A DNA stretch of 63,389 nt, the filler included, from Conidiobolus incongruus B7586 (taxonomy: Eukaryota): NCBI GenBank assembly GCA_000697335.1. It is 10 parts of 10 records of this genome, joined end to end, with 100 filler letters (N's around TTAATTAATTAA, not from the genome) between each part and the next. Parts side by side here need not be neighbours in the genome. Positions count along the whole stretch, not along the records: positions 51,000 to 59,556 come from JNEM01000249.1; positions 59,657 to 61,703 come from JNEM01000253.1; positions 61,804 to 63,389 come from JNEM01000265.1; 7 more parts are not named here. The stretch is one strand, 5' to 3'. Made by a program: the position numbers and the translations under genes. Every line of letters starts with the position of its first letter. Positions within the stretch are counted from its first letter, which is position 1. The notes under the pieces are model-generated. The model saw nothing but the letters and a program-made list of their open reading frames with translations, was not told the origin of the DNA and ran no database searches. Shown here in pieces: positions 52,830 to 63,389 of this stretch.

Positions 52830-55800
52830 TGAATATTTTGACAATTACTTGTTATATCCAATAATTAATCAATTTTTAGCTCAATAAATAATAATAATTA
52901 AAAAAATTTTGCACTTATTAGTATAACAATATATACAAATAAAATTTAATTAAAAAGATTATTTATTGAATAAAGTAATTCAAAGTTACATTGGAGTTTA
53001 TATATCTTCATGAATATTCAATTGTCAAAAATACATTATTTAATTAAATTATCACATATAAATTAATATATAATTTTGAAAAATCTAATAATAAATAACT
53101 GAAATTTAATTATTATTTATGTAATTTTATTAAATTTGAATTTAGGTATTAAAAAATTAAATATAATATTATTAATAATAATGTTCTTAAATTAAATTGC
53201 CAAATGAATTTAATTGACTTAAATGTCAGCATATATATATATACATTTATAAATTCACCGGATATAACTAGGTATAGAAAATTCAAAATTCATATATAAA
53301 ATATAATAAGTTGGATAAGATGAGCGATTGATAAGTATATCAATATATCTGATGGTTATATTATGTCAACTTGTTTAATTTTTTTTCAAATTTCTAATAT
53401 ATTAACTGTTATTGAAAGTTTTTTCTAAATTTAAATTATTTGACTAATATTTGATTTTTGATTATCATGTGAGATTTAAATAATTATTTTTATGCCAAAA
53501 TGGGAATGTTGCTAAATGGATAATATTTTAATAGGACATTATTATGATGTGTATTATATTTTGGTTTTCCACAGTTATTTACTCAATTAAAATAATTTCT
53601 AATAGTAAATTTAGATTTTAGTCTATAATCACATATATTCAAATATCATAGTCTCATATGAAAATTATCTTCTAATTCTGTTGATTAACTGAATAATTTT
53701 ATAAAATATTTTAAAGATTAAAAAAGATATAATTAAGAGAAAGTGTATATTATTATAAAGTAACGTTAAATAATATTAATTTTCAATTTTAAATTTATGA
53801 ATTATTATTTAAAGTGGTAAATATGGCAATTACATATCCTTAAATCAAAATTTTAAAATAAAATTAGAAGGGCCGAGCTTTGGAATCTAAATATAACTTT
53901 TAAAATTGTAACAAATATTTAGCAATAATTGCCATTAAACTATTATAATATCATAAAATGCAATGCATTTATTAACTTGTGATTTTATGAAAATATTGGA
54001 AAGTTTGAAGGTATTGAGTAAGTTATAACTTATTACGAGGTAATTCAAAAGCTTTTTCCTATTACACGCGTTCATAGATTCATTATTGTATTTTTTTGTT
54101 CAATCACTTATATTCAATTGTAAATAATTATTTTGTAAAGCATACTTGATAATGTTTAAAAAATATATTTTAACTTGATATTTCAGAATATAATTTATAG
54201 TAATTGAAATTAATTTAAAAATAAGAATAATATAATCTTAACTTCTGACATATTAAGGTAAATAAGCTTATGATTGCTTAATATGTTTAAATGGGACTTA
54301 AAAATTCAATTTCAAAATCCAAATTATCAAATTTGGAATTGGAAAATTATTTGATTTTAATTTGAAAATAAATTATAGTAATTATATTGAAAAATCAAAT
54401 AAAAATATACCTATAGTATATTATTGAATCTGCATTTGTATTATTTGAATAATTTAACAGAATAATAACAAACATATAAGGAATATTGGCGATTTGCTTA
54501 TTAAATTTTCAAATTTCAGTTTGAAAATAATTCATTATAGAATAAAAGATATATTATGATTATTTAATTTGTAAATGAAATTATAATTAAATTTTATAAT
54601 ATCACAGTAATTATTACCTTTTTTGAAATTGAATTAATTATTTAACCTTTGAATTTAATTTGAGAGTTGCATTCTAGATTAATGCGATAAACAAAATTCA
54701 ATTCAAATAAGTAATAGGAAAATAGGTAGGTGTAATTAAAAGAAAAATTTTGGATCTTTGATATTTTTTTCCAATTTATTACTTGTTGATTATATTTAGT
54801 TAATATAGATTTAGAAAATTCTATTGTTAAAATATTATTTTTCAATATTAATTGATTAATTAATTTTACCATATGTTTATAAATCCATTCGATAAATTAC
54901 AGCACGACTCAATTATATAAATAATATGAATGATCAAGTATTCTTCAATTAGGGATCAAAGCAGCTTTAAAAGAGTGTAGCTCAAGTGGCAGGATTAAGT
55001 AATAAGTATTGAATTATAGAAATTTAGCCTAATAAACCACATTGGCTGAATATTTTGTTAGAGGTTGATCGTTACTGATCTTCACATATTTTGCTATATT
55101 GAGCTATAATTAATTATTATATATTTGTGTTGACATCATATATTTAATATATGATAAAATTTATATTTATTTAATTTGAAACTACAGTGAAATTTCAACA
55201 CTTTTTCTTAAACCATTAACTTATTAACAATTTCTTAGATGCCATACAAATTCATTGGACCTAAAATTAAATACTATCCATGTCAAATGGACTTCAATCA
55301 GAATTATTTACACCATCCAACGGTGGCACAGTAGGGCCCAAAGGTGATGATCTTTTTCTGATGGCATTTGTAGCATTTAAAGATTATCTTGTACTAACAT
55401 TTCAACAATGATTGGAAAAGAATCCCGCTTTGGCTGAGCATGCTCGATAATTTGATATGTTCTGAAATTAACTTTGAGCAGTCATAGTTTTAGTTAATTT
55501 TGTTATGTTACTGTTAATAAATTTTGAAAATATATATATTATATGAATAAATGAATATGTCACATTTTTAAAGTTTTTCCTTCAAAATGAGAAATTTTCA
55601 AAAAAAGAATAAATAAATATAGTTAATTTATTAGCATTATATACTTTAATTATAAACTTATGAAAATTATCAAATTTAAAAATATTTAAATTAAAGATTA
55701 TTTAATCCTAAAATGGAATTGAGGTACATACAAAAAGAGTTAATTAGTGTCTAAATTTGGTAAATATATTTCAAAAATTATTAGCTTATTAAAAGTTTAT

Positions 55801-56016
55801 TTATATATTGAATTATTTTCAAATTTAAAGTGATAATATAAAATATAATGATTAGACTCACTTTCTAATAATAGAAATTAATATTAAGCTATAATTTATA
55901 TAAAAAAAATTAAATAATATTAATTATTCGAATTTAATTTTAAATTTTATTTCCCTAAAATATGAATTGAAATTCGTTTTTAAATTAAAATTCAAAATGT
56001 CATTTACTTCAAATCA

Positions 56017-56025
56017 TTACGTCAT
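56017..56025. promoter_or_regulatory. ATF/CRE-type site TTACGTCAT
   Basis: About 260 nt upstream of the 56283 gene. The same 9-mer lies upstream of its paralogue. Confidence 0.55.
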
Positions 56026-56282
56026 AGAAATACCACATTAAAATTTGATCATTCTTTCATTATTTTTATAGTCATCATTAAATCAATAATAATATATTAT
56101 AAAAAATTAGCTATGTATAATGAAGTAATTAAATAAAATATCGACTTTCTGATATAACAATGATATGATTGTGATTCAATGTCTTAGGTTAAAAATGACA
56201 ATTATTTAGTATAAATAGTCTTCAACTAAATGACATTAGCTTCAGTATTCAATTGTAAATCATATTGTATTAAATTTCAAAA

Positions 56283-56582
56283 ATGTCATCTGAACCCAGC
56301 AAAACCAACGCCAACTGGAACAAAGGTATGGGATCCACCAAGGAGACCGTAGGCCATGCACTCGGCAACCGCGAGATGGAAGCTAAAGGAAATGTCCAAA
56401 ACAAGGAAGGACATACCGAACACAAGGCTGCCGAAACTAAGGGATGGATGGAAGGTGCCAAGGACTCGGTCACTGGAAAGGCCAAAGATATGATGGGATC
56501 CTTGACCGGAAATACCTCCAAGCAAGCGGAAGGTAAAACCCAAAAAGCTCATGGTGATTACAGAAGAGAAGTTAATGCTTAA
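56283..56582 (+). CDS. CsbD-like / LEA-like hydrophilic stress protein (Hmp1-like), copy A
   Basis: 99 aa: GSTKETVGHALGNREMEAKG..KDSVTGKAKDMMGSLTGNTSKQAEGK. TATAAATA upstream and AATAAA downstream. Confidence 0.9.
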   Translation: MSSEPSKTNANWNKGMGSTKETVGHALGNREMEAKGNVQNKEGHTEHKAAETKGWMEGAKDSVTGKAKDMMGSLTGNTSKQAEGKTQKAHGDYRREVNA

Positions 56583-57704
56583 TTTTAATGTATTTGTAAG
56601 TATAGCACCATCATGAAACACCTTAATAAACCTTTAATACTCCTATACTCCTAACAATTTAACACTTGCAATATTTTTACTTTTATATTTATATTTTTGC
56701 TATTATAAGTACAATTCTAAGTTAATATTGCACTCATTGTGATAATATATAATCTTTTGAAACCAAAATATAGATTTCAATACTGTTTTAGTTAAAAAGC
56801 AAATTAAACCAAATATTAAATATTAAGACTAATTGATTTGAAAAATTTAATTAAACAATAATCAAATTATCAAATTATCAAATAATATATGTTAACTGAT
56901 AATTTAAGCATACCATCTTTAATTTTAACAACATATGTTTTATGAATAATTTAACAATATATGTTTTATGTATAGTTTAACTTAAATTTATTTTATTAAA
57001 ATTTCTTCATAAAAATCTTAATTTTACTTTTTAAAATGATGATAAATCAACGATAATTTGAACAATATTCACTGGAAAATTGTTTAATATTCTTAACTAC
57101 AGAACAATGATTAGTTTAATTAATGAAATTTGAAAAAAAAGTATTTGAACAGCTTTATAGTTTTTAATTCATTTTAGTAACAAATTTAATAAAATGTGAT
57201 TCTATTTACTGATTATTGCTTGTTGTATTCATATAACTCTTAAATCGTTTTGAATAATATTTCCTATTAGGAACTCAATTTGGAAAAAATTAATCCTAAA
57301 ATCATCATGATGTCATTTAAAAAAAATCTCATGAATGTCCATTATCCCAAATATCAAACTTGTCCCAAGTAATCAAGTAAAGAACTTATTACAATGAAAT
57401 GACAAGTGTTATCAGAGAATTCACAGGTGAAATATTGAAGATCTCCAAATAGAAGCTGTATGCAACATCCATCATAGGATTGGTATGGTTAAATGAAAAA
57501 CAGAAGAATTGTGGGTGCTGCTGATACTACAGTTGATTTATCTTGTACTGCAATAAATACTGATAATTATGGTTTAGAGTAAGTTTAAAAATGTTTAATC
57601 AAAAATTAAATACTGAAATATTAAACATTATAGAGTATTGGGGACTTGATAATCACTTTACTTTTATTAAGCAATAATATATATATATAATTCACTTATT
57701 GGAA

Positions 57705-58001
57705 TTAAGAGTTGGCGGATTTCTGAGCATCACCCTTCAATTCTTGTGTCTTACCCTCAGCTTGCTGAGAGGTGTTTCCAGTGAGGGATCCAATAGTGTT
57801 CTTGACGGCACCAGTTACAGAATCGACAGCACCTTCAACCCACCCTTTGGTTTCAGCAGTCTTTTGTTCAGTGTCTCCTTCCTTGTTCTGGACATTTCCT
57901 TTAGCTTCCATTTCTTGGCTACCGACTGCATGGCCAACGGTTTCCTTAGCAGATCCCATAGCTTGGTTGTACTTAGCGTTAGTTTTGCTTGGTTCAGACA
58001 T
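57705..58001 (-). CDS. CsbD-like / LEA-like hydrophilic stress protein, copy B
   Basis: 98-aa colinear paralogue of 56283-56582 in convergent orientation. TATAAATA upstream. Confidence 0.9.
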   Translation of the reverse strand: MSEPSKTNAKYNQAMGSAKETVGHAVGSQEMEAKGNVQNKEGDTEQKTAETKGWVEGAVDSVTGAVKNTIGSLTGNTSQQAEGKTQELKGDAQKSANS

Positions 58002-58184
58002 CTTTAATTTCTAAATAAATACTATACAATTGGATTTTTTAATCTGAATAAACCCAAACTAAAGCCATATTTATACTTTAATGAGATTTTAAATTTTCCA
58101 AATTTGGAATATAAAATCTTAAATGATTTCATAATTATCTAGTGTTTGATTAATATTTCACTTTCAATACTAAGTTTCATTATT

Positions 58185-58193
58185 TTACGTCAT
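58185..58193. promoter_or_regulatory. ATF/CRE-type site TTACGTCAT
   Basis: About 185 nt upstream of the 58001 start, with a second TTACGT core at about 58208. Confidence 0.55.
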
Positions 58194-59124
58194 GTTTTAT
58201 GAAATATTTACGTTGGAGATTTTTGATTTAATGAAAGTTATTGAATTAGACATTTGATAGTAATTGATAATTATAATTTTATAATATTGCGTGATAAGAA
58301 TATTTAGTTATTTATTATTTTTGATTTCATTCAGTAAATACATTTATCTTTAAAATCAAAAAAATTATGTTAACAAAAATTTTCATTATGTAAATAATAA
58401 TTATCAATTAATGTTGATTTGATTAAATTTAACTAATTTAATAATTTGATTTTTATAACTTATGGAATATTAATCTGGAAAAATATTTTGAATGTACAAA
58501 ATTTTTAAAATATTTTGAGACAATAAAAGATCATATATAAAAGTTTAATTTTTTATGACCGTTAATAAAATTAGATTAGAATAATTAAGCTGTATTTTAT
58601 AAAAAATAATATATTTATATAGTATAATTATTGTTTAAATAATCATTATAATAAAATATTAAAGTTGTTTATAGTTTTTACTTAGCAAACAATATTAATT
58701 TGAATAAAATAAATTTAATTGATTCAATTTAATTTTTTACAATTATTATATTATCAAAAATTTAATATTTGTAATTTTAAAATTGTTAGGTTAAGAAACC
58801 AGATATTGAAATTATCAATATAAATATTAAAATATAGAAAAGATCAAAATCTTAAATAACAATCAATTAATTAAGAAAATTTTAGTCTCTAATTAAATTA
58901 TTTTGATCTAAATTTAATATTTTAATTTAGCTTAAAATTATAACTTTGGAATATACATTATTTGTTATAATATTTGCTAATATTAAATCTGTTATGTATT
59001 ATAATGTTAAAATAGCACTTGAATCATATTTTATGCAAATATATTACATAAATATCTTTTGTGAATTTATTAGCTTTATTCTAATTATCTTTTTTTGATA
59101 ATTATTAATCATAAAGATATCTTA

Positions 59125-59880
59125 TCAATTATTACTTTATAATTTTAATAATAGGATTTTTTGGATTTGAAATAATATATATTTTAATATATAAATAGTA
59201 AAAATATATATATAATATAAAATTAATAATTTCTGTTATTTTTAATTATTTTTTAATATATTATTAACAATGATCTAATATTTAAAAAATAATTCTTATT
59301 ATTAAAAACTAAAATTTGAAGTTTTACAAATTAATTAAATTTTCCTATATGAATTTTCTTTTTTATAAGCTGGTTTTTTAGTTATCTAAAATAATTATAA
59401 TCATATAAGTTATAATCTAAAAAACATATTAGATATGGTAGTTTTTTTAGCTATTTTCAATTAGAAATTTTTCTATAATTTTAAATTTATATATTTTTTA
59501 ATTATCATATATAATAATAAGTTTTTTTTAAATTATTTTGAAAATATTAATTTAAANNNNNNNNNNNNNNNNNNNNNNNNNNNNNNNNNNNNNNNNNNNN
59601 TTAATTAATTAANNNNNNNNNNNNNNNNNNNNNNNNNNNNNNNNNNNNNNNNNNNNAATAAACTTTTGATAATTTTTATTTAATTTAAATATAATTAAAT
59701 TAAATAATTAATTTTAAAAAGTTAATTTTTTAATCAAAAAAATTATGATATATATAATTTCTTATATATTTTATATATATTTGTTTATTTAAAACTAATA
59801 ATATATTTGAAAAATCAGAAATGAAAAAATTTCCCATTATTTTAAATTCAAGGTAATATTATTAACCAGATTTTCAAAAA
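59125..59880. mobile_element. Element with long inverted arms spanning an assembly gap
   Basis: An inverted repeat copy at 59125-59556 and a forward terminal portion at 59657-59880 (TTCCCATTATTTTAAATTCAAGGTAAT) face outward around the gap. Confidence 0.55.
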
Positions 59881-59943
59881 AAAATTATAAAGTTTTTAAC
59901 TAAATTTTATAAAAAATCACTAAATTCAGATCAATATAACAAT

Positions 59944-61703
59944 TTAATCTAATTTTAATTCATTGATACATTGTTCCAAACTATCAATATCATCCAATGA
60001 AGTTAATTGATAAAGATTTTTAGGTTGAATTAATCCTTTGCAAGTTTCATTCTTAATGAGAGTATTGACAAATTGTCTTAATTCTTCAATCTAAACACAT
60101 AGTTAACATAATAGTATTACAGTATAAATATTAGCAATTACCTGATCTATCATACCATTCCAGTGGTTCTTTTCAGCTAGTGTTACAGCTGATTTATTTA
60201 ATTTGAGGATATTGGATAATTGGGAGAGAGTGTATAGAATATTGGTGAGGTAATTTGTAGTAACAAATGGTAAAATAGAAGTGAAAGTTTGCAAAATATG
60301 GGCTTTAAATTTGTAGTTGTGGGATGATAATAGAGTTTGTTGCATTTTTTCAATTAGTTCAATATGCCAAGTTGATGAAGAGGTTGAAGGAACGAAATTA
60401 GGATGTTGATATAGTTGGCCAATTGAGAGAATTGCATTCCATCTTGTCTAAAATATTTTTGTTAAATAATCAAATTTGGTAAAGATTATATAATTACCTT
60501 AACAAGGCCACTGATAAAGCAATTATATAAAGCCTGCATCATATCGAATAACCAAGGAGCATCGGGCGTTAGCATGTCATTCGATACAATTTTCGCTACT
60601 CTACCTAGTATACGGACACCATTTCCTTTAATCTATAGAATCAAAATTAGACTAAAAATTGAATTCAAACTGAAAATAAGTTACTTTATCCTGATCTGAG
60701 CAATAAGCAATACCACAATTAATCATTTTCAACATTATTTCATTCCATTTCTCAGAGTCAGAATGAATCAAACTGAGTGAATAATCTGGTGAATTTCTAA
60801 TATTATTGCTAAGAAATTAATAATTACTAAATAAAAATAAATAAAATTACTTGAGATCAACCAATCGATCACAAACATTCGCGAAACACCAGCTTGATTT
60901 GACTCTAACCAACATATGCGAATGGGACGCAGTGTCGAGACATAATTGGATAAGGTCCAAAATTAAGGCTTCATTCTAATAAAATATATTAGATAAATGT
61001 AATAAAAATAAAACGACTCTAGCTACCTGTAATAAGGTTGGGAAAGTGATCCAAACCCCAAGAGTTTTGAAACAATCTGCTTGAACCTGATAATTATCAT
61101 CAAGAGCCCAGCCTAGGAGGATAGTGATAGCATATATTTTTATAGGCATCTAAAAATAATTAATATTTTGTTAATTAATGATTGGCATATCAATTACCCC
61201 TAAAGCTTCGAAAACTTCCATCGGATAGTATGACATCATTTCAGCAGCTGCAGATTTAACATTGGGGTCTTTATCGCATGTTGCAAGCGGTATATATTGA
61301 TCAAAAATGGAGTCATTGAGAGATTGACGGTAGCTGACATTATCGCCGGCACATGACTCTAACAATGGAAATATTATACGAAAACCTTCAGTTCTTAATT
61401 GGGGATCCATATCATCCATTAATTCAGAAATAATAGGTTGAATTGTATCCCATCCAATCCTGAATAATTATTAGAAAATACTTATTACGAAACATTAATG
61501 ATTATTACCATTCCATTCGAATCCAAATTGGCATTAATTTACAGATCGATAATTTGACTGATGTGGAGACGTTCTTTTGTGATATTAATTGGATTCCAAA
61601 ATTCAATAAAGATAAAGGAGGATTGGATTCATTAGTTATTGGCTTGATAGTAAAATAATTAACTTTAAAATCTGTTGTAGATTCAGCATTTAAAATGTAT
61701 AAC
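59944..61703 (-). CDS. HEATR6: HEAT repeat-containing protein 6-like, 5'-truncated by gap (8 visible exons)
   Basis: Exons 61509-61703, 61198-61459, 61027-61149, 60851-60975, 60685-60808, 60498-60632, 60142-60447 and 59944-60090 splice in frame. Motifs AITILLGW, VRVKSSWCFANVCDRL, DQDKIKGNGVRILG, VKTRWNAILSIG and NYKFK match my recollection of the HEATR6 C-terminal repeats. Confidence 0.82.
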
Positions 61704-62369
61704 NNNNNNNNNNNNNNNNNNNNNNNNNNNNNNNNNNNNNNNNNNNNTTAATTAATTAANNNNNNNNNNNNNNNNNNNNNNNNNNNNNNNNNNNNNNNNN
61801 NNNATAATTTATATTCAATATTATTAATAAAATTAATAATTATATTCTTTTTATTATAATAATTAAAAATAATATACCAACTTGCAAAAATAGATTATAA
61901 TATAAAAATCACTTATATATTTACTTATAACTTAAATAGTTCTTAACTAAATTAATTTAAATTAAAATATATAGTTAAAATATATTACCTGATCATAATA
62001 GGTTATATTCAATTATATTTAATATATTATTGGTTAATATATTAAATCTTAAATTTTAAATAAAATGAGTTATAAATTTGTGGGTTTAAGAGTTAAAAGG
62101 GTATATAAAATATAAATTACTTAAATCTTTTTTTTATTATATTATATATATAAAAACTTATATTATTATTATAAATTATTATTTTATATAATATTAGTAT
62201 TAAAATTCCCAAATCCCTCTTTAAAAAGATTCATTTATATATTAATCAACTTTATAATTAAGATAAATCAACTTGTGAGATTACTAGAATTACTAGTGTT
62301 AGCTAGTTTATTATAATTAAAGCTATTAAAAATTATGGTAAGGATATATTTAAACTTAAACTTAAGTGT

Positions 62370-63170
62370 ATTAAGATTATAGATAAATATAATAAAAGCT
62401 ATATTTATAGGTTGGTTAGTATAGGTAAGTATAATATTATTGTAAAAATATAGAAAAAATTACAAGACTATACAAGAATATTAGTTAATACTAATACTAT
62501 TATTCATACTTTATATTATAATAGAAACTATTTACACTTTAAAAAAACACCCTTAATTAAAGAAATCCTATTGTAAAGTTAGGTAGGGATTTAAATATCA
62601 CTATCAAAGTTAAATTGAAATTAATTAGAGTAAGGTTATTTAATCTAATAAAATAAAAATATATTTTAATAAATCTAATAAAAAAATAGATATTTTAAAA
62701 AAGACAAAAAAACTACTTTATAACTATTATATTATTTTAACCCAAAAATATAATAATAGGTTAATTATAACTTAAAGATATATATTATCTTCTAATGTAT
62801 GATATTTTTGTAAAGTTGATAGGGGAATTAATATTAAAATGTATTAAAATATTTTAAACAATAAATTAAAAATAACTATTGAATAATATAGGTTAAATAA
62901 ATTAGATGTTATTTTTTAACAAGATAATACCTTTTGTTATATTGTTATTTTTATTAACAAATAGTTTAAAAAAATAAAATAATAGTTATAAAATGGTCTC
63001 TTTAATTTTTTAACTTTAATCTAATTGACTACCTTTGGAATTAGTTAAAAAAAATAATTTAAACTTTCCCACTAGCAAAAAATTTATATGAGCTTTAAGA
63101 ATATATTTAAGAAGTTTAAAATAAAATTAATTTTTTTAATATAAGAAATTAGTTAACTTTATAGCCTATA
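62370..63170 (+). mobile_element. Degenerate Tc1/mariner transposase
   Basis: N*SKVI*SNKIK (from DWSKVIWSDETK, D at 62647), F*QDNTFCY (from FQQDNAPCH, D at 62923) and WSL*FFNFNLIDYLW (from WPPQSPDFNPIDYLW, about 62994-63038). Boundaries are approximate. Confidence 0.85.
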
Positions 63171-63389
63171 AACTTAAAGAAGTTAAAAAAGCAAAATATA
63201 AATATACTAAGTTTTAATTTTCTTTCTATAACTAAAATATATAAATTTTTAACTTATATTAAATAAAATTTAAATTTTAATATATCAACTAAAAATTAAT
63301 ATAATTAGATTAAATATATTTAATTGTAAATAAATAATATAAGTTTATTATATGTTTTAATTTAATTTAATTTGATTAAGAATTAATAG

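Noticed and set aside
41293..54872. Low-complexity I/N/K/L/Y-rich ORFs (41293, 41733, 51542, 54642; also 31817)
   Set aside because: Composition mirrors background AT richness and there are no supporting signals.
54973..54992. A-box-like TAGCTCAAGTGG
   Set aside because: No cloverleaf or proper B box follows.
56270..58014. Antisense ORFs over the CsbD-like genes
   Set aside because: Shadow frames caused by biased codon usage.

Overview
A very AT-rich, gene-sparse eukaryotic scaffold segment with short GT-AG introns (42-59 nt). The intron size, gene content and class-A-like GPCR suggest an early-diverging fungus of the Conidiobolus/Entomophthorales type; this is inference only. Nine 100-nt assembly gaps (N44-TTAATTAATTAA-N44) break the window. 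Supported genes: VTA1 (5 exons), a GH47 alpha-1,2-mannosidase, two tandem CYSTM genes, tRNA-Leu(TAA), an alpha/beta hydrolase, a protein with an internal repeat (possibly tandem beta-trefoil), a rhodopsin-like GPCR, two small probably secreted proteins, a convergent pair of CsbD/LEA-like genes each with an upstream ATF/CRE-type site, and the 3' part of a HEATR6-like gene. Mobile DNA: a full-length but heavily C-to-T/G-to-A mutated Ty3/gypsy element, a solo LTR of the same family, a second candidate solo LTR 10 bp upstream of the tRNA, a mutated Tc1/mariner transposase, and an AT-rich long-inverted-repeat family flanking several gaps. The most notable signal is RIP-like cytosine hypermutation of repeats, also seen as stop codons in decayed genes (an ML-domain gene and a probable ITPK1-like ATP-grasp gene).
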